In this document: piece by piece, positions 12,843 to 27,076 of the stretch | Layout: the number at the start of each line of letters is the position of its first letter | Position numbering within the stretch: position 1 is the stretch's first letter | Assembly: GCA_030704615.1 (NCBI GenBank) | Contig: CM060733.1 | Span: 23,436,001 to 23,500,000, forward strand | Direction of reading: 5' to 3' | Source of the DNA: Takakia lepidozioides | Lineage: Eukaryota > Plantae > Bryophyta | Length of the DNA: 64,000 nucleotides | Program-made: the position numbers and the translations under genes | The notes under the pieces: model-generated | Seen by the model: the letters and a program-made list of their open reading frames with translations, nothing else | Databases searched by the model: none | What the model was told of the DNA's origin: nothing

Positions 12843-15670
12843 TCACTCGTTTCGTGGGACCTTGATGGGGAGGTTGGGCTCTGAAGAACAACGGTTGGTG
12901 TGACTTGCAACAAATGCGCAATCCACAATTGTTTACGCCTTTCATGGCATGGAAGGGGCTGTTTCAGCACCTTGAGGGGCCGCCCATGGATGATTACCAT
13001 GAGTTTAGGCAGGGGCACGATGTTGAGATCGAGGAGTGGATGATGTACTGGTCACCCGACTATGTCTCCATCACTAGAGGCACTAGAGGCACAAGGGCAG
13101 TAGCCACACCGGCAGCTGCACCAGCAACAACAGCTACAACAGCAGCTTCCACAAGCAGTAGTGGGACTAGTGGTACATCAACTACGACGTCCACCCAAGC
13201 TACTGCTGCACTAGCACCAGCACCAATGGCGGTGCCTGCCTTCAACCCTGTTGTGGAGTTCTTCGAAGAGTTGAGAAGGAACTACCAAGGGGTGATGACA
13301 GAGAAGTTGAGGAGCTTGCAAGAGTTCCAACGGAAGCCTACTGAGAGCTTGAGGGAGGCTTTCACTCGCATGAGGTGCTTGATAAATGTAACCCAAGGGG
13401 TTATGGAAGCTCAGGCAGTCTAGTTCTGGTACGGGATATTGGACAAGGAGCTGAGGAGAAGGGTGCGGCATGCAACTCTCCTACAAGCGGCCCAACCCAC
13501 CTTAGCAAATGTGTTTTTGCTGGCAGAGCGGATAGAGCTCAACATGGTGGAGGAACGAGTGGTCATGGTGGGATTTGCTAAGGAGGCACCACGGGGTAGT
13601 GGTGCTCCTAGCCAGCCACTACCTCAACGTGCTCAAGGCAACAAGGGGGCTCAGGTGAAGCCCAGGGAAGGGCAGAGAGGACCTCAGATGCAGGGGTCTC
13701 TCCCTTCATTTGCTGGCCAACAATGGGCGGATGTGGTGTGCTGGACATGTGGAGGACCCCATGTCAAGAAGGATTGCCCAGAGGGAGGCAATGGTGTAGC
13801 ACCGGCACAACCTGCATAGTTGCAGTGTGGGCATTGTGGCAAGTACGGGCATGGAGAGGCCCAGTGCTATGGTTTGCATCCTGAGTTGCGCCCAGGCCAG
13901 TTCCAAGGGAACAATGGTGGCCGGGGGCGAGGTGGAGCAGCCCAAAGAGGATGAGGTGGCCAGGCACGAGGTGCAGGCTAAGGGCAAGCTCAACATGGCC
14001 AGGGACGTGGAGGTCAAGGTGGTGACCAAGGCATGGCCAACCGGCTTCAGCAGCTAGAGCATAGGCTCGTTGCCATGGCCACAGCTCAGGTGGTACCGGC
14101 TCCAAGGCCGGATGGTCCACCTCCTGCTCCTGATGGAGGAGACTGGGGAGACATAGAATTCATGTGCAACACTACCACTAGTGAGGGGTGCCACTACCAC
14201 TACCACTGTGGGAGGGGCACCACTACCACTAGTGCCAGGCAGGACTACCACTACCACTTTGTGCAGGGCAGGACTACCACTAATGGAGTCAGCTGCGGCA
14301 GTGACTCGAGGAGCAGCACGAGTTCCTGAGCCACGGGTGCGGAGGTGGAGTTGGATCCACAACGTGGGGAGGCAAGCCGTCAGGCCAGGCTTCCTCAGTC
14401 ATTCACATTGGCGGAGACAGTGTCGACGCCGTCCATGGCACCTAGTTCTCGCCCGACTATTACCGAGGCAGAGGTTACTATGCCATTGGGGAGAGCTACA
14501 CGGGCTGCACCACTACCTAGTGTTGCCAATGCTACGGCAGCTAGTGTGCTGCTGGGGGCAGCCACATCTGTATAGGCTCCATTGTTCTCGGTTAAGACCA
14601 ACTGAGGTATTCAGGCTGGCAGCTATACTCTGTGAGAGTGGGGAGGTTACTTCATCTTCTGCGGAGATAGTGGGAGATGTAGTGCCGGAGGGATCCTCGG
14701 ATTTGAGAGTCAAGACTGCCACGGTAGCGCCATGGCAAGCTGCAGCTGCTAGGTTGATGGAGCTGCCAGCTAGGCTAGCCATTGAGCGCGCCATGGTGAC
14801 ACCTGGAGTTGTCATGTTGGACAACCAGGATGACATTTTCTATTTGAGTAGACCAGCAGGCAAGAGGTATCGGCCACTGCGAGTCTTGTTGGACTCGGGA
14901 GCTCAGCCATTGATGCTAGGCAGAGTTGCTATTGCAGGCTTGGGCCTCACGGAGGCGGATATGGAGCCGTGCCCTTTCCAGATACAGACATCTCTGGGAG
15001 GATCAGAGTAGGCTCGGGGCATGACACGTCATGAGTTGGCTTTCCGACTACAACCGGATCATCCTACAGATGGCTCAGTGATGAGAGCCAAGGCCATTGT
15101 GATAGACGCGGTCTCGTATGATGTCCTTGTTGGTGGGGCAGTGTTGTACCCCATGGGCTTCACCCTGGATTTTTGGGAGGAGTCAGCTTCCTATAGGCCT
15201 GGATGGCAGTCAAAGGAGGGCCAACGTGTGCAGCTCCCTGTGACGTTCATAGGAGGAGTTGCGGTTGCCCAGCGAGGCAAGATGCCAACATTGGCAGCAT
15301 TCACAGTTGCAGTGACTTGGCCTGGAGAGTTGTAGGATGACAATACTCATTCAGAGGATGTGTCACCTCCGGGAGAGCAAGATAACATGTATGGTATAGC
15401 GGAGTTGCCTGCCATGGTTGCTCACACTCCATTGTGGGGCTCGAGCAAGGATTTGCAGCGGGTTGCTGATCGACGGGTGCAACAGGCCTGGCAAGAGGCG
15501 TTTGTACCATCAGGAGAGGAGGACAGTGCGGGGATTGCACCAGGACCACCTCAGTTGTCACCATTGGACACCACACCGATCGTGTGGTAGTGTCCGGATG
15601 AAGGCATTTGCCTTCTGGACTTGTTTGGCGGGATCAGCACCGGGTTGGCTGTTGTTCTACAGGCAGGTGT
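11324..15670 (+). mobile_element. Truncated copy B of the DNMT-carrying Gypsy (LTR, deleted leader, gag, protease, start of DNMT)
   Basis: LTR is the inverted match of about 9830-10684. Gag resumes abruptly near 12895. LLDSGA present. EGICLLDLFGGISTGLAVVLQAG ends at 15670. Several TAG stops. Confidence 0.9.
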
Positions 15671-16070
15671 CACTATAAGAGATGAACGTTTTTAGGACTA
15701 CGGCTTTGGCGGAGTCATAAAAACTGCACTAGGTAGATGACTACAGAGCGCTGAAATGCATTACAGTTTTAGTTTTATGACTTTGTAGTAATGGATATCA
15801 CTACATGACTCCGAAAAGTTAGGGAGCATTGGTCAAACATTGTTGACCATGATGACAGGGATGGTTTATATGACTAGTGTGATATGTTTGACTGCACGTG
15901 GACGACATTTCATGGAATCTTATGACTCCATGACTGAAGATGGTTTCAGAGCTCTATTTATACGACTACATCACTACACGTGTCATTTTGAAGGCACATA
16001 TAATGCAAATAAGGTTGCCCATTAGGTTTAAAAAAGTTAAAAAAATTGCTAATAAGGTTGCCCATTAGTG
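15671..16070 (+). mobile_element. Left end of a CACTA (EnSpm)-like DNA transposon that truncates copy B
   Basis: CACTATAAGA begins exactly where Gypsy homology stops, followed by reiterated ATGACT/GACT subterminal motifs. Right end not found. Confidence 0.5.
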
Positions 16071-16609
16071 TAATCGTGAACAGAAAGGAGGGCTGGGACT
16101 TGGCGTTTTTTTGTCTCCTGCGCCACACCACATAGCTGATGGATGGAACGCGATGATAGTAGGATATGCAGGGGCGTGGGATGGAGGCGTTGAGCAAATG
16201 ATGCACGAAGGAGAAGACGAGGAGGAGACGAGACGAGGAGGAGACGAGACGAGGAGAAGCGAGCTCGCCGTTCTTGGGAGAGTCAGCTTGGTCTTAGCAA
16301 GCGTGTTTCAATCTCTGACTACTCAACTACGCCGTAGTGGTTCGATCTCACAGACCAATCCGACATTACCTGACTACAGACACAAGCAGCACACACAAGA
16401 GGTCATCGGTCAAATCCTCCATGGGTCAGGACACGTCAAGGACAATGTGGAAGGGCACCTTCTTCTTCAACCTATTTCAGCCTGTGTTGCCCTCTCATCA
16501 GACTCGGCCGCAAGATGCATATTGAATTCTGTAAGTTAGGTCGTTGGGTAGATCTGTGGTGGTTTGGAGTGACTTTGGCAAGTTACTGCCAATGTGGCAG
16601 CAGGGAAGT

Positions 16610-17336
16610 TGTCGCGCACCTCACTTCGGTAAGCTCCCCTTCAAGTCATAGTTACTCGCTTTGATGCGCGCGCCTGACTCCCAACCTGGCCGCCGGGCCA
16701 ACTTGGAGCTTCGGCTGCTCACCGGGGCATAACGGTCCCCCTTTGTTCTCCCAAAGAACCCTCCACCGATTTGGAACCAGCGGGAATTCCCTTTGGTAGT
16801 TGGCAGTCCGGAACAGCTCCCCACTCTTTGGTCGCTTTCCGGCTCGCTCGCTTACTCACTAGTTTTTGGTCACCAACGGGCTTGCACCGTTCTCGGGGTT
16901 ACTACTCCCTATATATACTTCTGTAGCTGTCCGCGGGGGTTTCACAACCAGCCATGCCATTTTATGGCGAACCACCACGAAGACCCTCGATTCCCGGTGG
17001 TGAGTCGCGGTGAGTCTTGGCCCGCTCACCACGGCCCCTATGGACCGTGATGAGTCCCAAGACTCCCCACGACTCCCACCACGAGGTCTCCGCCCCCATG
17101 GTGAGTCCTATGCCACCCCCACTAAGTCCCACTAAGCTACCACCACCCCTTGTGGAGCCACCCCCACCGCAACCCGGTGTGCGGGGCTCCACCTAGTGAG
17201 CGCCTCCGCTTCCCTGAGTGCCTTGGGCACTCAAGGGTGCTTCAGCCCCCCATACCTATCGCTGCCGCTGCCCCCACCATAGGGGCAGCCCCTCATGTGT
17301 CCCGACCCCCTGCCCTCAAGGCAAAGGGCCGCGACA
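16610..17336 (-). repeat. 3' LTR of the chromovirus (727 bp)
   Basis: Bounded by the TSD and the PPT; TG...CA ends; TATATATAG on the minus strand near 16910-16918. Confidence 0.85.
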
Positions 17337-18236
17337 CACACCCCTACCAACAGGGAGTCGATGTCCTCATCGACTTGTCCATTTTGTAGAAACGAACATC
17401 CAAGTTGTGGCGTCCCACATCAAGGAGTTTGTTTCTGTACCATGGCGTCCCATGGCAAAGAACCAAACCCCACACTTGACTCTACTCTCCACTAGCTAGC
17501 TCGGCCGACTTCCTCCAAGTCCCAGCCAAGGGTGGAGCCTCTCCAGCTCCTCCCAGTGCACTCTTCTTGGCCTAAGGCCAAGGAACGATCCTCCTTGAGG
17601 ATCGAATCGCCTTACTGCAACAACATTGCTTGCGATCGCTCATGATGCCGCTTTTGGCATCACCTTGAGCAAAGGTTCCCTGGAACCCTCTTTGACTAGG
17701 AAGATAACCTTGAACCAACCGTGCGCCCCAATCACTACAATTGGGTCCGCCTTGGAATGCTGGCCTGAGGTACGGGAACACGCCGAAGCCGCACTACGAC
17801 TTCGTCCCGAGGCTACACGATTATAGTACGTGAACGGAAGTACGTAGCTTCCGCGTTAGCCCGCACTACAAGGCAACCCCCTCCGTAGCGCAGTTATAGT
17901 ACGCGCACGCGCCAGGTGCGCACTAGCACGTGAACTCCCAAGGAAGGCGCAAGTTTTCTTGCCCCTCGGATGGGGGTCACCCGATTTCGGCACTACACAA
18001 ACACACGATTAACCCAATTTACCTCTCCCACTTTTATAAGCTAGCATGCATTCTACACACTAGCCAACCATACCATGCATCACCATTCCAAACAAAATAG
18101 GACGCACAACATTTGGAATCCATTTCATTTATAGCACGTTTTGGTACAATACAAGTTTTTGCAATCGGATTCCTAAGCTAGCTAAGCTGGACTAAGCATG
18201 CATTTCCTCCCCCACGCTCCAAGGTTGATGTCCCCA

Positions 18237-21200
18237 TCAACTCTTCTTCCGCTTTTGAGGTCGCCCTTCGAAAGCTGCGACCGCCTCAGATGCGTTTCCC
18301 ATTTCTGAGGCACGCACCCAAGATGCCTCCACCTGATGATAGCCCTTCCATTTGACGAGATACTCCGTTCTTTCGGTTCCTGAACCTCCTCGACTTAAGT
18401 ATTGCCTCCACCTCGTACTCAGGTTCATTCTCATGATCCAACAGCATAGGTGGCGGACGCAACACTTGATGCCGATTCGGACGCGCTTCATCTTTGAAGT
18501 AAGGCTTCAAAAGGGAGACATGGAATACTGGGTGCACCTTGCTGTTTGCCGGCAGCTCCAATTCATACACATCCTCATTCATAACCTTCCGAATGCGAAA
18601 GGGTCCCGCATACGGAGGTACGAACTTCGGACTCACTTCCGGAGGTAGTCGGAAATTCTTGATGTTCAACCAGACCTCTGTGCCTGCCTCAAACTTCACT
18701 TCCCTCTGCTTCCGATTCGCCTGCCTTTCATACCGTTTCCTGGCTTTGGCAATGTTGTACTTTGCGAGCTTCAACAAACGCTCGCGTTCTTCCAGTACCG
18801 CCGCTACTGCCGGTTCCGCAACGTCCTGGGCGGCCCAACTTGTCGGCACCAGAGGTGCTTTTCCATAGACCAATACGAAAGGGGAAACTCCCGTTGCGGA
18901 TTGTTCTGTGTTATTATAACAGAACTATGTCGCGTCTAAGTGTTCCATCCAGTCTGATTGGTCTGCCGACACGTAATTCCGCAAGAATTGCTTCACTACG
19001 GAATTCACTCTTTCCGTTTGGCCGTCCGTCGTAGGTCGGAAGGCGGTGCTCATCTTCAGCCTCGTCCCCATCTTCTTCCAAAGTGCTCTCCAGAATTTAC
19101 TCGTAAACTTTGGATCGCGGTCCGAGACAATATCCTTCGGGACTCCATGATGCTTTAAGACGTGGGCGAAGTAAAGTCGCCCTGTCTCCTGCGCCGTTGC
19201 CGTCTCCTTGGTGGGGATGAAATGGCCCATTTTACTGAACCTATCTACCACCACCATGATTGCATCGAATCCTTTTGACAGCGGCATAGCAGTCATGAAA
19301 TCCATCGAGACGCTTTTCCAAGTCCCCTCTGGAATCAGCAAGGGTTGTAACAGCCCCGCTTGCTCGCTCCGGTTTTGTTGGCATGTGGTGCATGTCTTGA
19401 CATACTCCTCTGCCTCCTCCCTCAGTTTGGGCCAGAAATACTCTTTCTTCAAGAGTGCCGCAGTGCGCTTGGCTCCGCCGTGGCCCGCAAGCGGGCTATC
19501 ATGGCATTCTCTCAAGAGGCTATCTCTGATCCCTCCCTTCGGCACATAGAGACGTTTTTTGCTTATACCGGAGCAGTCCATTTTGCAAGTGGAACTGCGA
19601 TTTAACCCCCCATTCTCAAGTCCTGCATCACGGACTTTGCCAGCTCATCCTTCCGGCAAGCCTTCCGGATCTTCCTTTGGAGCGCCGTCTCGCCATTGTA
19701 CACCAACAAGAGCTGCTATTTTCTACTTAAAGCATCGGCCACCACATTGTCCCGTCCCGGTTTGTACTGGATATCCACGTCAAACACTGCCAAAGTATCT
19801 TGCCACCTAAGTTGTTTTGGGACAACTTTGGGCTGCGTGGCAAAATACTTCACCGTGACATTGTCCGTGAACACCTTCACTAGGTTGGAACCAACATAGT
19901 GGCGCTAGAGCTCAAGGCAATGCACCACCGCCTTCATCTCTTTTTCGTGCGTCGGCCACCGTCGCTCCACTTCATTCAGTTTCTTACTTTCGTAAGCCAC
20001 TGGACGTCCATCTTGCATAAGTACACCCCCAATCGCGAAGTCCGATGCATCTGTATGAATCTCAAACGGACGATCGAACTCCGGGATTTTCAAGACTGGA
20101 GCTTCCATCATCCGCTGCTTCAATTTCAGCAAAAGCTTGGCCACAAAATGTGTTCCATACCCAGACTTTGGATTTACACAGAAGTCCGACAGCGGCCCCC
20201 GCGATCTTGGCGAAATTTCTCACATACTTCCGGTAATAGGAGGCGAGTCCTAAGAAGGATCGCACTCCCGGGACCAAAGTCGGAGGCTCCCAGTCCAAGA
20301 TCGCCCTCACCTTTCTGTCATCCATTTTGATCCCATCCTGTGTATCACATGCCCCAGGAACTCCACTTTTGTGACCCCGAATTCGCACTTTGAAGCTTTG
20401 GCATACAGCTTCCCTTCCCGCAATTTTTGGAACACCCTTTTGAGGTGCTCCAGGTGCTCCTCCTTTGTTTTCGAGTACACCAAGATGTCGTCGATGTACA
20501 CGATCACAAAGTCATCCAACCACTCCTGGAAAAGGCTGTTCATCAGCGTGCTAAATGTCGCTGGTGCATTGGTGAGCCCAAAGGCATCACCAAGAACTCA
20601 TATGAACCATACCTTGTCCTGCACGCGGTCTCCTCATCTCCTTCGCCACCCGAATTTGGTGATAGCCGGAGCGCAAGTCGATCCGGCTGAAATACTTTCG
20701 CTCCTGCCAACCGATCGAAGAGGTCGTCGATCCTTGGCAAAGGGTACCGGTTTTTGATAGTCACCTTATTCAGAGCCCTATAATCGACACACATCCGCAG
20801 CGTCCCATCCTTCTTGTCTGCAAATAGCACCGGGCTCCGTAAGGTGACTTACTCGGCCGGATGTACCCCTTTGACATTAGATCCTTGAGCTGAGTCTTCA
20901 GCTCGACCAACTCTCTGTGGCTCAACCGGTAGGGCGCCTTGGCAGGCGGTTCTGATCCCGGTATCACCTCAATCTTGTGGTCAACTCCTCTTCGCGGTGG
21001 CAAGCCGCTTGGTAAATCCTCCGGCATCACATCCTGGTATTTCTCCAGATCCCCTTGATCCAATCTGGGCTCGGCTCCCCATCGCCTTCTCCCTTCACTT
21101 CTCTAATGTAAAGCAAAAACTGGGGCTCGTGTGCCTCCTCCACGGCCCACTCCTTTGCTGACAGAAGGTTTATTCGCCCTCCCACGGATTTGGACGTTTC

Positions 21201-22500
21201 TGACACTCGTAAAACCTCGCCACCATTCCCACATGGCAGCGTGACTATTCTCTTGCGGCCATCTATGACCGCTCCGGATTTGCTCAAAAAGGTCATCCCC
21301 AAAATGAGATCCACTCCATCGATCTCGCAGATGGTGAAGTTCTTACGTCCCTCCCAACTCCCCAGTTGAAGAGGAACATCAATCGCCAACCTTGTCGCCA
21401 ACTGTGGTTCTCCTTTGGCAGAACGCACCTCAATAGAGGCCCCCACGTCACTTGTCGGGAGTCTCAGCTTTTGTGCCGTTGCCGTGTCATGAAGGAGTGC
21501 GACGCTCCTGTGTCCACCAACAACGACACATTAGTTCCGGATATTATCCCATCCACGAACAATAACTGACTCCCTTTTCGTAAGGCGCCAGTTTCCTGAT
21601 ACAACTCACAAGAAAATTTGCCTACCTTGCAAGTCCTGGCGACCACCGCTTCCACCAAGCGACTGATGGTATCTTCCGACAGCTCTGTGGTCGCCCGAGT
21701 CATGTTCAATTGCCGGGGCTTCGTGCACTTCTTGGCCATGTGCCCGGGCTCCCCGCAATTGAAACACACTCCATCAAAGGTCGCCTTCTGTCCGCCATAA
21801 GCCGCTCCACCCGCTTTTCCTTTCGAAGCACCGGGTGCCGCCTTGACATGTGAAGGCCCTCCCTTTGATTTCCACGTGCCATTTTCGCCGCGTGGCCTAT
21901 CCCACTTCTTTTCCGTCGGAAGGAGTCACCTTCCCGCCGAATCTTCTTGTGGTTCAGCTCTGTACGGCCTTGTCTTTCACCCCTAGGGACAACTAAGAAA
22001 CATTCAGCCCTCTCAATAGCCTCGTTCAAAGTCTTGGGTGGCTTCTCCTCAACCTTCCGCCTGGCCCATGGGGCCAGTCCCGCCACAAAGTTGAAGACCA
22101 TTTCTGGTTCTGCCATGTCCGCGACTTCGAGCAACAGCACATTGAAAGCCTGGACATACCCCCGAATGTCATCTGTTTGCTTCAAATTCCTCATCTTGTC
22201 TCAGGCGAGCCAGGACGCGTTGAGGGGCACAAACTGTCTCTTCATCAATTCCTTGAACCCACTCCAGTTCAAGGTTTCCGGGCTTGGACCTCGGTCGTGA
22301 AGGCGTTTCTGCCACCATTGTTGAGCATAGCCCCTCAAATAGGTAGGAGCCACTTCCACCCAATCCTCGTCACTCAACTTGGCCGCCCGGAAGTACTGCT
22401 CTAGCTCCAAGAGCCAGGTGTTGAGTGCCTTCCGATTTCGGACGCCCTCGAAGGTGCCGGGTTCCTTAGGCTTCACCTTAAACTTTGCCTTAGCGGAAGT
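18237..22500 (-). pseudogene. Chromovirus gag-pol: Gag, zinc knuckle, protease, RT, RNase H, integrase, chromodomain (many frameshifts)
   Basis: CFNCGEPGHMAKKC; LVDTGASH; [10 protein letters not shown]; VYIDD; HTDASDFAIG; HDSPLAGH..CTTC; VSDRDPKF; TDGQTER; YEVEAIL...EYLVKWKGY..ASW. Confidence 0.93.
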
Positions 22501-23411
22501 GGCATTAGTCGCCTTCAACACGTCTTTCAACGTCCCGCCAAACTGCGCCGAGCAGGGGGGAGGCGCAAAATTTGCGTCGCCCGACAGTCGTCCGGCAGTC
22601 GCATGGGTGTCGCCAAAATGACGTCGCAAAAATGCGACGTATGGGGGTCGCAAGCCCCCGCCCCAACTCCCGCGACTGCCGGACGTCGCTTTTCATGCCG
22701 TCCGCGCCGATGGCAGGGGCCTCCTTCGAGCGACGTCTCGCCGTCGCGGCCCTCCAGCCGATGGCGTTGGTGAGGGTGCCAGCGCGGCGTCGCATCCCCT
22801 TTTTTTTCGAGTCCCATCCTAAAACCCAAAAACACGTGGCATAAGGGGGTGGTACGCCAAACGACTATTGGGCGAGGCAAAAAAAAACAGCAGGAGCAAG
22901 AGTCGGGCTCCGCCACGCCCGTGCGTGGGTTTTCGCGACGCTCTGGCGTCGTTTTTTTTAATATTTAATCCAAAAAAAAAAAAAAAAAACGTGGCGCAGG
23001 CAGGGTGGCGGGCTCCGCGATGCCAGGGCGTCGCGGCTTGCGACCCCCGAACCAAAAAAACACGTCGTAGGGGGTGTCGGGCGTTGCCGCCCGCAAATGG
23101 GTTTTGCGATGTCCGACCGTCGCAGCTTGCGACCCCCGCCCAAAAAGCACGTCGCCATTGGCGACATCATGCAATCGCGAGGGCAGCCTGGTGGTGGGAG
23201 GGGGGGGTTGGGGGTTGATTTTGGGGGCCACCCCCACCGCAACCCGGTGTGCGGGGCTCCACCTAGTGAGCGCCTCCGCTTCCCTGAGTGCCTTGGGCAC
23301 TCAAGGGTGCTTCAGCCCCCCATACCTATCGCTGCCGCTGCCCCCACCACAGGGGCAGCCCCTCATGTGTCCCGACCCCCTGCCCTCAAGCCAAAGGGCC
23401 GCGACAGAAGT

Positions 23412-25350
23412 ATCCAAAAACATAAAATAGAGGTGAGGAGAAGCTTTGGGGTGAACACTTTCCGTCCCCAATGGTGGGATAATGGAGACAAAAAGGCGAA
23501 TGCCTGTTGGACTACAGAGAGAAGCAGATGCATTTCAGATTGTGATAAGTAGGGTTTGGGTGTTTGGGGGAAGAACTCCACACCAGTATGGTTGGGGTGT
23601 TTGCTGGTAGAATTGTAGGCTGTCAGAGGCATGGATAGCTGAAGGAGCAGTTATAGAGTGTGGGTCGAGATTCATCCAAGAGGGCTGGATTTCAAGCTCC
23701 ACATTACCTATGATTCCCTGTGGAAGGATAGTTACAAGAAACCTACATCGGTAGATGGTCAACTAGAAGCGGCATGCTGTACTATATGTCATTACTGTAC
23801 TATATGTCATTCCAGAGACTGTCATCTCTATAACTTGCATCGGCATGTAATAAATCCTCCACGCTTCTGCTCGTCTCATGCACGAGATTCTGTGGCAAGT
23901 ATGCAAAGAGAAAGCGGCCAACAATGCGGAAATTGGCTGCAGCATGTCTAAGCATGGCATTGCCCTCTTCGGTTCCAACAAGTTGAACCAGCACGGGTTT
24001 GCAGGAGATGAGACTGCCTCAGTACTACTGGGATATGACATCCAGATAGTCCGCAACACCTGCAAAATTACCGGGCAGTTCACAGGTGGCCCTGCCTTGC
24101 GGTACCTTGCAAACACACCCCTTAGGAGGCTGGATTCGTCCTGCGAGTGTTTCATGAAAGTAGGAAGGGAAGCAGGCACAGTACCAGCATGAACAATGTT
24201 GTAAACAGGGGACCAACCCCACTTACGCTCCTCCTGTTCACGATGGAAATTGGCATCCCACACAGCCAGCTGGTCTTCGACGTACTTGTTTTTTATGACC
24301 TGCAACTCTGCCTATCTTGCTATTTCTTTCGTTTCACAGGCTGAAACGGTAGTCATGTACTTATGGTACTCTGTAATGGCTGTGCACTCCTTGTAGACAG
24401 CTGCATAATCACAAGGAACGCCAGGCTTCTTTGCCCACAACGCCATGGTCTTCAAGACAACATCCTTCTCCTCCTATGGTGCTTCATGCTGGTTCACATG
24501 CCAATTTGCACGTTCAGGTCAAGAACATTCATATAGTAAACCTTTTCAGTGATGCACTTGGGTTGCAAAACCATCGTCATGAGCACGTCTCTTCAAAATG
24601 CACCTGCAAAATCAAAATGTGCATGAATAGATGTGGTATTTTGCTCACCTGTCTATTGAGTCACCACCGGCCGTAGGCTGCGCCCAAGAGAAGTGCATCA
24701 AAGTCCTCCTCATCAACAAGCTGCCTGAGGGACTGTTGAAAGTGAGCATCTTCTATGCTTGGAAAGTCTTGAGGAAGCAATCGGTGCTGTAGCAGGGTGA
24801 AAAGTCTAGGGCATCTTACGTGTGGCGGTTTTTGAGGCACTTCAATGGATCCACACAAACTTTTGGACTTGTTGGTAAAGTAAGAAATTGCCTCCTTCCT
24901 GGAGCGAGGAAGTGGAGGATCAGGATGAACTTTGACAGAACTCCCTTTGTTGCCTGCCGTAGAGAGCGATGCATGCACCTTCCCTGCCCTCAAACACCCT
25001 TTCTTGGAGTTGTCAGGAGGAAGAGTACCTGAAGTGAAGGCTTTGTCATGCCCTGGACGATGGGAGGAAGGGCCCTTAGTAGGGAGCTGAACCCTCCTGT
25101 GTTTCGGCCCATCATCGAATGCCTCCATGTCGGAGTCATCCAGTTCAACTGCTGTTGCTTCTGTATGAACGCTGCAGTCCCCCTCAGAATTTGTCAAGAC
25201 CAGCCGAACTTGACCCCTGTTCTTCCTTGATGATTTTCTCGGATAATCACCCATTTCTTGGGACACTGGTTCACCAGAGGATGCAGGCTTTTTCTTCTGT
25301 GTGGTTTTGCGAGGCGGCATCAAGTTGTGGCGCCTAAGCACATCCTCCAT
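23412..25350 (-). pseudogene. Unassigned coding-like region (ORFs 24661-25350 and 23763-24305), probably TE cargo, interrupted by the chromovirus
   Basis: Two protein-like ORFs on the same strand with a basic, NLS-like N-terminus; no domain recognised. Confidence 0.3.
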
Positions 25351-27076
25351 GATACCCCTCTGATAGGGTTAAAAAACAGGATACATTTTAAGGGCACCCT
25401 TATCTTGCCCATGCTTCCTACAACCATCTATCATGTGCAAGTTCAGTTTTTTTTTATCCCCAAAAAGCAGATGACGGTATATGCATCTGTATTGTCGTCT
25501 GTTAGATGCACCAGGTTCATGCACCCTCGCCTTGGAGTAGGCCTCGCATATGAGGTTCTCGTATTCATCACTTTCATATGTCTCGCGGTATTCCCCTTCA
25601 GTTCTCTATAATTTTGCTCTCCTTCATCGTGATTGCTGCGTCTACACTTGCAGCACCGTGCAAACCTACACAGCCAATGCCCACTAGAAATCCTAAGCAA
25701 GGTATAAATCATGCAAAGGCCAATTGCATCCATGGCCCATGAACCCAGCCAATATACCTTAGACAATGATATGCATGTCATTAATAGTAAACCCTAAACC
25801 CCAAAACACCACGAATGGACTGCAGCTCATATGACAGCCATATATGGAGATGGAGAATGAAAATACAGCAAAGTGCGGGAAGAAGCAAAGAATGCGATAG
25901 CTGGTATGTGCGCGTCCGTAGAGGGAGACAGTGAATTATGGAAAGTGATGCCGTCACCTTGAATTCTTTCGGAATACAACATCACAAATTGCAAAATAGG
26001 TAGGTTTATGCCTTACCAGGCTTCCCAGGATCAGCAAAGAATCAGCAAAGGAACGAACTCCTCACCTCAGCTCCATATGAAACAATGTGTTCACCTCACC
26101 TACATATGAATGCTTGCATGAAGTGGTTTGAGGACTAGCAAACAGGCCCACTTGTCCACTTTGCTAACTAGTGTACTGATAAAACGATTGCTGAGTATGT
26201 GTATGGTGCATTTAGGGCAAGAGAGTTGTTGTTCATACGCAATAGTTTCCCTAAACCCATGCCCCGTTCCGTCGTTTTTAGTATCCCTAGTTGTCGACCG
26301 AACAAAACCATGTTTCATTTACGATCCAGCGGGTGAATCTATGCATGCCTGTGAAAGAACCAACAAAGAAATGAACATGGCAGAGATGTAAGGGTTTCAG
26401 ATGTTCATTGCAGAAATCACTCACCCGCAAGGTATAAACTGGACGAAGAGAACAATGAAAATCCAAAGAAGCGCAATGGTACTGTTGATCGTTCTGGAGC
26501 GATAACAAGGACCTGCATGCAAGATACGTTTGTTGCGCAAGCGTTGCAACCTTCGAACACGGCGAATACATCCTGCATCGTAACGATTGCCAAATGCTGT
26601 CCACCCAATTGACGCATGACGGGACGCGGTACGCCAACAATAGAAACGAAAGCGAAGCTGGTACGTGTATTCTCCACCTACCCTGGTCATTTTAGATGCA
26701 TGGGGTCATATGGATGCAATGGCATGCATGGGGAGTGTGAAGGCATGCATGGGGGATGGACGACGATGGCATGCCCAGGATGGGAGGCGGGATGGGGAGG
26801 CGGGTGAGGACACGTCTCATGTCCCCCCAGCGGGCACATGAGGCACGGGGAGGCGTGTGGCAGCGGCCGCGGGGTCTGTGGGTGAGGGAGGCGGGGTGGG
26901 CAGGGGGTGGCGGGGGGTCCACGCTGGCAGAACCGGCTCCCTCGCATTCAACTCCAGGGCCCCATCTAATGCTTGGCTCCCCCTTCCTTCTGATTTCTTT
27001 CTGGCGTCTTTTCTGACTGGACACCGTCCTGGAAAGATGATAAAGATAAAGAGGGGGGACCAAAAATTCTTTCCGT

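Larger units (their letters stand above)
16610..23406 (-). mobile_element. Chromovirus-type Ty3/Gypsy retrotransposon
   Basis: Termini TGTCGCG...CGCGACA; 5-bp TSD GAAGT at 16605-16609 and 23407-23411; PPT GGTAGGGGTGTG next to 17336; 180-bp LTR match between 17157-17336 and 23227-23406. Confidence 0.93.

Noticed and set aside
22500-23430. Overlapping GC-rich ORFs
   Set aside because: Low-complexity sequence with homopolymer runs and no protein motifs.
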